From assembly GCF_009914755.1 (NCBI RefSeq), contig NC_060934.1: 64,000 nt of DNA. The stretch is one strand, 5' to 3'. Within the stretch, counting starts at the first letter, position 1. Every line of letters begins with the position of its first letter. The notes below the pieces were generated by a model. It was given only the letters and a program-made list of their open reading frames with translations, ran no database searches and had not been told where the DNA came from. This stretch comes from the human T2T-CHM13v2.0 reference genome, Homo sapiens. Position numbers and translations under genes: made by a program. Below, one piece after another: positions 37,321 through 64,000 of this stretch.

Positions 37321-38746
37321 CATTGAATTTACTGATGAAGTGATATGATGTGTGGTATTTACGTCAAAATCACCCAGGAGATGGAATATGGGAAGTAGAG
37401 GGGGTGTAGGTAAAATGAGACCGTCCATGAATTCACAGCTGCTGAAGCCAGCGATCAGCACCTGTCAGTGAGTTCCATTCTCTCTGCTTCTGTATATTTC
37501 TGAAATCCCCATGATAAAAAGTTAAAACAGACAAACAACTAAGAGATGCCTTCAAAAGAATTCAAGATGTAACAATCTGAAAATTAGCTTCCGAAATCCC
37601 ACTTGGTGTATTGGTGGATTCTTTTATTTTGTTTTTTATTTTTTGTTTGTTTGTTTTTTTAAAAAAACAAAGGAAAAAGCCCCTGGGTTACTTGAGACAG
37701 TGGGGGAAATATCAGCTCAAAGATTCTCAAGTGTAGCCGTTATCTGATTCACCCCTCCTCCCTCAGCAAAGTTGGCCGCCTCTAGTGGACAGGGTATTCC
37801 CCGGTCCCATCCTGGGCTCCAGTGACTCATACAGTAAATCAGAGTTTCACATCTAACTATTATGGGCATTGGTTACTAAGGCTGGAAGCCAAAAGCCTGC
37901 TTGAAATGAAGATCCCTTTCTAAAGGTCAAAACTTTCCTCCAGAAAATGTTCCTCTCCATCAGGAGGCCTTGGCATGATGTCACCTTAGATATGAACTTA
38001 CGAGGGGACGTTTCCTAAAAGTACACTTATCTCTTTTGTGATATTCATGTTAGGGATGAAATCAGCCTATGTCATACACTGACTTGTTCACTTAAAGAAA
38101 ATGCCAGATAAGCAGGGAATTCATCACAGTCTTGATCATTTAGACTGTCTGGATGGTCGACCGCTGTTTCACTTTACCTCTGCTTCATAGGAATTTGGAA
38201 TAGGACTAAGGCTGCAGCCCTTGCTCTCAACACACTGACCAGATGCTAACTGGTCAGGACCTTTTCTCCCACAGACACTAAAAGAAGATTCAGAAATCTT
38301 CCATGCTCAGGGTGCCAGGCAACCATTGCCCATCAATAGAAGTTGGCAAGTGAAATGAAACCTAATCACCTGCCCCTGATGCAGTCTTGCTTTCAAAGTT
38401 AAGAAAACTGAGGCTCAGAGAGGTTAAGAGGTTAAACAACTTTTCTCTAAAGTCATACCTGTCATGGCTGGGTTGAGTTTGAGGCCACTTTCTCTCTGAG
38501 CTCAAGCAAGCTAGAAATTCTATGTCCCAAATATGGAAATCAAGCCTTTGACAGAAATGTAATAAGGATAAGGTATATTTGCCCACACTTTTCATATCTT
38601 GAAATAACTCTGTGGGGGTAACTGTGGTATCTCTGACACAGGAGGAGAATGAAGTGCAGCCTAAGAGCATAGAATTGGTGAATGGTGGAGTTGCAAACCA
38701 AAGCCATTTTTCTTTTCTTTTTTTAACTTAAAAAAATTTTAAATTA

Positions 38747-41808
<3,062 letters not shown>

Positions 41809-41999
41809 CTATTCTAGTTCTTATTCCCTTCATTTTGGCAACCTGTCTTACTGCTCAAGATAGTACACCTATTATACAATGGACAGAAGTGATGATAACG
41901 GACATCATCTTGTTTTCGGTTTTAAAGAGATGCTTCAAATACTTCACCACCAAGTACCTTAAATGAGCCAGTTGCCCTTGTAAGATAACATTTGTCTTC

Positions 42000-44290
<2,291 letters not shown>

Positions 44291-44310
44291 GGTAAGAGAG
44301 AGCCCATTCT

Positions 44311-45970
<1,660 letters not shown>

Positions 45971-46089
45971 CAAGGGAGCCCATTCTGTCAAACCAACATG
46001 TTGCCTGCAACTCTCTACCATCTCTAAAGTTGATTTAGCAAGCAGTAGGTGGTTAGGGACTAACCCTGCCAGTAGCTGGCATCTACAGG

Positions 46090-48960
<2,871 letters not shown>

Positions 48961-49185
48961 AGGGTCTTGCCCTGTTACCCAGGCTGGAGTGCAGTAGCCC
49001 TATCATAGCTCACTACAGCCCCAAACTCCTGGGCTCAAGTGATCCTTAGCCTTCCAGTGGTCTTTGTTGTAGACAACCTGATGGATTCTCATGGCACAGA
49101 AGATTAATTAAACAATGTCTTTCAATTTTAATACGTTTCTGCAATCCAAAAAAAAAAAAATAGTTAGCATGGCAAGTTTGATGTT

Positions 49186-50254
49186 TGTTGCGGGAAGTCC
49201 GGGACCCCGAATGGAGGGACCGGCTGAAGCCATGGCAGAAGAACATAAATTGTGAAGATTTCATGGACGTTTATTAGTTCCCCAAATTAATACTTTTATA
49301 ATTTCTTATGCCTGTCTTTACTTCAATCTCTGAACATAAATTGTGAAGATTTCATGGACATTTATCACTTCCCCAATCAATACTTGTGATTTCCTATGCC
49401 TGTCTTTACTTTAATCTCTTAATCCCGTCATCTTCATAAGCTGAGGATGAATGTCGCTTCAGGACCCTGTGATGATTGCGTTAACTACAGAAATTGTTTG
49501 TAGAGCATGTGTGTTTGAACAATATGAAATCTGGGCACCTTAAGAACAGGATAACAGCGATTTTCAGGGAACAAGGGAGATAACCTTAAAGTCTGGCTGC
49601 CTGTGGGCCAGGCAGGACAGAGCCATATTTCTCTTATTACCAAAAACGGGTAAGAGAAGTATCACTGAATTCTTTCCCCAGTAAGGAATATTAATAATTA
49701 ACAGCCCTGGGAAAAGAATGCATTCCCGGGGGGGCCTCTCAAATGGCTGCCCTGAGAGTGTCTGCCTTATGCAGACGTAGGTAGGGATGAAACACGCCCT
49801 AGTCTCCTGCAGCGCCCCCAGGCTGGCTAGGATTAGGAAATTCCAGCCTGACAAATTCTAGTCAGACCGGTTCTCTGCTCTTGAACCCTGTTAAGATGTT
49901 TATCAATGACAATGCGTACACAGTGGGGCATGGAAGTTCATTAGTGATTCTAGTTTCACCCTGACCTTGTGATCTCGCCCTGACCTCCTGCCTTGTGATC
50001 TTTTGTTGCTCTGAAAGCATGTGATCTCTGTGACCCACATCCTATTCGTACACTCCCTCCCCTTTTGAAAATCACTAATAAAAACTTGCTGGTTTTGCAG
50101 CTTGTGGGGCATCACAGAACCTGCCAACATGTGATGTCTCCCCTGGACACCCAGCTTTAAAATTTCTCTCTTTTGTACTCTTTCCCTTTATTTCTCAGAC
50201 TGGCCGACACTTAGGGAAAATAGAAAAGAACCTATGTGAAATATCGAGGGTGAA

Positions 50255-50255
<1 letters not shown>
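49186..50255 (+). mobile_element. MER11 solo LTR (HERV-K HML-8), extreme 3' end missing
   Basis: TGTTGCGGGAAGTC..GGGACCCCGAA.GGAGGGACCGGCTG start; internal GAACATAAATTGTGAAGATTTCATGGAC repeat; AATAAA ~50077. Confidence 0.9.
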
Positions 50256-55003
<4,748 letters not shown>

Positions 55004-55168
55004 AGTGAGGTAGAATTTTTCTCACTTCACCGTTTCCTGGGTCTGGGCGCTGTGTGTGTGTGTGTGTGTGTGTTTGGGATGAGGAGTGTTCATTGATTTG
55101 ACTTCTGTTCAAATGGAGCTCAAAGCTTATCTCCCGTGTCCATAAACAAGGCTGTTCAAACAGGTTAG

Positions 55169-55339
55169 GCCACCTGGGGTCGGAAGGTATTTTAAAGTAT
55201 TTTAGGCATGTTCAAGACATTATACGGGGCCCCTGACAGCCATCAGATATGCAGAAACTTATGTACAAACACATCAAGTGAGACTTCACTGGATAAAAAG
55301 ATTTCCAAAGCCATCTGGAGTTGGAAGGTATTTTAAAGT
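55169..55339 (+). repeat. ~110-bp copy of 56896-57015 between 30-bp direct repeats
   Basis: Direct repeats 55169-55198 / 55310-55339 (27/30); insert aligns to 56896 onward (55/75 ungapped, then 15 exact). Confidence 0.85.
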
Positions 55340-55836
55340 CGGCCACAGCATCATTGCAGGCTGGCCCCCTGAGCTTGTATTTCTGCTTTGTTCCACGCGA
55401 GCTTCCTACAACCTTATCCATTCATTTCAAAATATTGAACTTTGTATTTTTTCTAAAATTTTAAGGCTTTATAACAGAGTTTCAGGACGTCTAGTCTGCC
55501 ATATTCCTAGAAGCAGAACTCTCACTTTATTTTATAATACACTGGAGTCTTGCAACGTGTCTTTCGCAGTGGAGGCCCTCACATGTGTGCTGGATGAATG
55601 TGTGACGGCTGCTTTTCACATGTTAATTCCATCTCTCCTGTCAGATACTCTTGCATTTCTTTCATGTCTGCCCTAGCGTCTAGCTTAGTGCTGTGCGCTT
55701 GTTAGGGGTTCATTATAGCACTTGTTGAATGAATACACAGGTCCTTGTCTTGTCTCTCTAGGGAGGGAGTTTTTATAATTGTTCTTGGAAGCCTGTTTTA
55801 TATATTAGTCATCTTTACATTAAAAAGTGCCTGTGG

Positions 55837-56150
55837 GGCCAAGTGTGGTGGCTCACACCTGTAATCTCAGCCCTTTGTGGGGCTGAGGTAGGAAGGACAC
55901 TTGAATCCAGGCGTTTGAGACCAGCCTGTATAACAAAGCAAAACCAAAATAAAATAATGATAATTATTACATATTATTTATCATTCTATAATAATAATTA
56001 TTATTAGCCAGACTTGGTGGTGCGCACCTGTAGTCCCAGCTACTCAGGAGGCTGAGGCAGGAGGATCACTTGAGCCCAGGAATTCAAGGCTAATCATGCC
56101 ACTGCACTTCAGCCTGGGCAATAGAGTGAGACCCTGTCTTTAAAAAAAAA
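55837..56150 (+). mobile_element. AluJ with an expanded AT-rich linker
   Basis: Two arms separated by ~70 bp of TA-rich sequence. Confidence 0.85.
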
Positions 56151-56514
56151 GTAAAGTTTTAAACCATTAAAAAATAATAATAAATAAAAAACACTCATGC
56201 AGTCTAATCAATGCCTCTTCCCCAGATGTTAACCTGTTTCCCTCCCTTTTGCCCTTTGTGAATATGGAGAACAGTTGCTTGACAATTTTCTCATTTAACA
56301 ACAATTACGTTTTTAGATACCTAAATGATGTTAAGGCAGCTCTTTAAAACATTGCTTTGCTGAAGCAACCTCATTCTTCCAGTGGTAGAGAACATAATTC
56401 CGTATATTTGTGGGGGTGGTTGGGTGTGGAATGACCAAAGCTTTATTTCGGAAGTTCTCTGTCACTGAAAGTGCCCTGATAGAAATAAAGCACTTAATGA
56501 GGTCTTGGACAGGT

Positions 56515-56900
56515 GCTGCCCGCCCAGCATTCTTGCTGAAACTCTCCCTGTGCGTCACTGGCTCCTGGGCGCGATGTTTCAGGTAACTCGGGCAAAGCAC
56601 GCATGCTGCTGTGGCTCTGTGGTCAGCCCATGACGAGAGCCTCGTCCACGTTCCGTGAAATCTGTGAGTGCTGCCCGAGTCGAGCTACCGTTGCTCACCA
56701 CCGCCACTTCCTGTCTTCCTACCCAGCGCCGCGGCTCTCGGAGGCTGCCAGTGGCTGGGTGCGCCTGGCCTGAGTCCTCCACCCGAAGAAAATAAGGAAC
56801 CTGGCCAGAGAGAGGCAAAAGGAAGAGTCTGCTCCTCATGTTCCTTCTTGCTGTGGTTTTACCCTCGCCACTTATTTCGTGGTCATTCATTGGTGAGTAT
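56515..56900. promoter_or_regulatory. CpG-rich non-repeat island, candidate promoter/enhancer with possible first-exon donors
   Basis: About 20 CpGs in 56520-56790; ETS motif CACTTCCTGT 56705-56714; TGCGTCA 56551; donors CAG|GTAACT (56583) and TG|GTGAGT (56893). Confidence 0.6.
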
Positions 56901-57021
56901 TTGAGCAACGTTCATAACATGACTGGGGGCCCTTGACAGTGATCGGATGTGCGGAAACGTAGGTAAAAGCTCACTCAACAGTGAGCGAGACTTCACTGGA
57001 TTAAAAAAATAGTCCATTTCC

Positions 57022-58138
<1,117 letters not shown>

Positions 58139-58462
58139 TCAATGAGATAACCAATTGTGCCACTAGCAAGAATGAAGCTAGTTCTTCTCAAATGCTCAGC
58201 TTTGTGCTTCGAAAATGAGAAGAGACACAGGCCCTGCCTCCCTGAGAACACCTCTTGACAAATGGATTTCTGAAAAGGAATTCATTCAGTTATTCAACAC
58301 AGATGTTTACGTGCCAGATACTATTGTAGGCATTTGAGATACAGCAGTGACCAAAACAGACATCAATCCCTGCCCTGGTGAACATTCGTCCAAGTTGTGC
58401 ACAAATACATTTTTATTAATGAAAGGAGGTTTTTCAACTCCCAGGGGGTGACTGTTACTTAA

Positions 58463-59848
<1,386 letters not shown>

Positions 59849-60069
59849 TAGAGTCAATTTCCCAATTCTATGGGAACAGATTATCTTAGAGGCCATAACA
59901 TGTTCTTTTATAAAGGAGCCACATAGCGGACTGCAGAAGAGCTCCAGGATCAGCTTGGCCCACTAGTCTCCATGATCCTCTTAGTATTACAGGAAAACTC
60001 CCTGAAGAGTTTTAGAACATTTTCTTGGAAGTTTGTTGGTCTTGGTGGGTGGGGGCGAGGTGGCAGTGG

Positions 60070-60290
60070 TTTAACGTAGTGTTACTTAAATCTGGATTGA
60101 ATCCAGAGCTACTGCTTCCTAGCTGGGAGGCCTTGTGCAAGTTGTGTGAATAAGCCTTTCTTCATTTACAATAAAATAAGTGTGATGTTAATGATACCTT
60201 CTTTAAAGTTTTCTTGTACAAAGCAACAGAGGATTCTTTACATTGTCAGGTATGCAGTAGGTGCTCAGTAAGCATTAGCTGTTACTATTT
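60070..60290 (+). mobile_element. MIR
   Basis: TTGAATCC...CTAGCTG...CCTTG.GCAAGT...AGTAGGTGCTCAGTAA. Confidence 0.7.
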
Positions 60291-60727
60291 TTAGCTTGGA
60301 GAGGCGCAAGCAAAGACTTTCAGAGTAAAAGATAGTTTGTGCTGGTCGCTTATTTGGTGAGTATTATTCCCACCGCCCAAAGTCAAGGAGAGGCCAAGTC
60401 TAGCTGGCTGCTAGAGACTCAAGTCTTTGGATTTATCTCATGCACTTGAAATTGTCCATTCCAAGGTCTATGTGGAGGGAGAGGAGAAAAAAAAACAAAA
60501 AACAAACAAAGAAAAAAAACCCAGAAACAATAACCCAAGCATCATAACTCAATTGAAATCTTCACTTTTTCTATTGTCACAGAAAGGCACAGAAGCAACA
60601 CTGCAAATATCACAAATCTCCAGCACCGTATGCTGTTACTCTGAGCTGGATTTTTTGTTCTTTTGTTTGCATAGATTATTCTGCTTTTAATCTTCAAAAT
60701 CTGCGCATGAAAGGGGACTGCACAGAA

Positions 60728-62976
<2,249 letters not shown>

Positions 62977-64000
62977 TTAAAAATATGAAATAATACAGAA
63001 GCATGGGCTTACACAGGGAGATGGGGAAATAGCAAAAGCATAATGGTTAATCCCAGGAAGGTGAAGCCAGTAAAAAGTAACAATGAAATACACTTACTTT
63101 TGGCAAGATGAATGGATTTAGGAGAAAACTCCACCGTTCGGAGTCACACGCGAAGGCTGGAGCTCAGATGGGTGAGTAGAGGCAAAGCTCATTGGTAGGG
63201 GTGATGGGATTGTTTGCAGAGAGACCTAGGGGTCGAAGCAGAGTGAATTCTTTATTCTTGGTCCTGTTGGCTGAGCCACTGATTTGAGACAGTTATGGGA
63301 AATGTGGATGTTGCAGACATGCCCTGAATTTAGTTATTTGTATTATTTAATAAGCTTTTGGAAAGTTAATCCTCCAAAACTTTTGGATTTCCTATTTTCT
63401 CTATGAAATATGCTTATATTTGTTCTGTTTATTTGTAGCTGTTTCTTTTTTCTTTTTTTAGGACCTTGTGGTGCAACGGTATATAGCAGTTTCTTTAAGC
63501 ACAGTCTCATGCCTTTCTTCTTTTGCTGTCCTTTGGCATATTTAATTTTCCTTTTCCCCAATAAACCCTATTCCTTATCCACAACTATGTGGTGCTGTGG
63601 AATTCATTCTGGAAGGTGGTAATGTATTTTGCACGACAACAGCTAATGAGGCAAACAATTCTTCGAGTATATAAATCAGGAGAATGAGAAACTGTGGCCT
63701 GCGTCATTGATGACTTCTGAGGAAGAAAAAGTAAATAATGAGCTTGGAAGGCTCATCTCTGCCAAGTCAGGGACAGTATGTGGTGCATCTTTGGGGCATG
63801 AATGCCTAACCTGGGGCAAGCTGCAAAGCAGGTGTTCAGATCCAGTTGTTAAGTGAAGATTATTAAAAGACCATGTGACCTAACAAACAAAAGGATGTGG
63901 GTAGTTAGAGTGGAACAGCCTGTTTCAGCCGTTCCTGGCTGGGTAACCTTTGGCAAGTAATTAATCTTTCTAAACTTCAATTGTCTTATCTATGGAATGA

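Noticed and set aside
49230-49420. ~90-bp internal direct repeat
   Set aside because: Recalled as an intrinsic feature of MER11 LTRs

Overview
Primate genomic DNA (human or another ape), judged from AluJ/S/Y, LTR2, MER11 and L1P content. It is non-coding and repeat-dense, with about 75 Alu/FLAM/FRAM pieces counted by eye. I recognise no intact protein-coding exon: nearly all supplied ORFs are Alu, low-complexity or retroviral/pseudogene read-throughs. Main elements: (1) a two-LTR LTR2/Harlequin-type HERV-E recombinant provirus (3132-9459) inserted into an Alu tail, with a 4-bp TSD and a later ~180-bp tandem duplication across its 3' junction; (2) a decayed hAT transposase element carrying a MER1A; (3) an ERVL internal remnant hosting an HNRNPA1 processed pseudogene, itself split by an Alu; (4) MER21-like and MER11 solo LTRs; (5) a twin-primed inverted L1; (6) a CpG-rich, promoter-like island at ~56.5-56.9 kb. 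I found no evidence of a new gene system. The most unusual signals are non-coding: a ~110-bp templated copy of the island's flank placed 1.7 kb upstream between 30-bp direct repeats, four tandem TCF/LEF sites, a (GGAA)11 array next to the LTR2 promoter, and several fold-back or inverted-Alu repair scars. Repeat subfamily names come from my memory of consensus sequences and need Dfam/RepeatMasker confirmation. Boundaries of old repeats are approximate.
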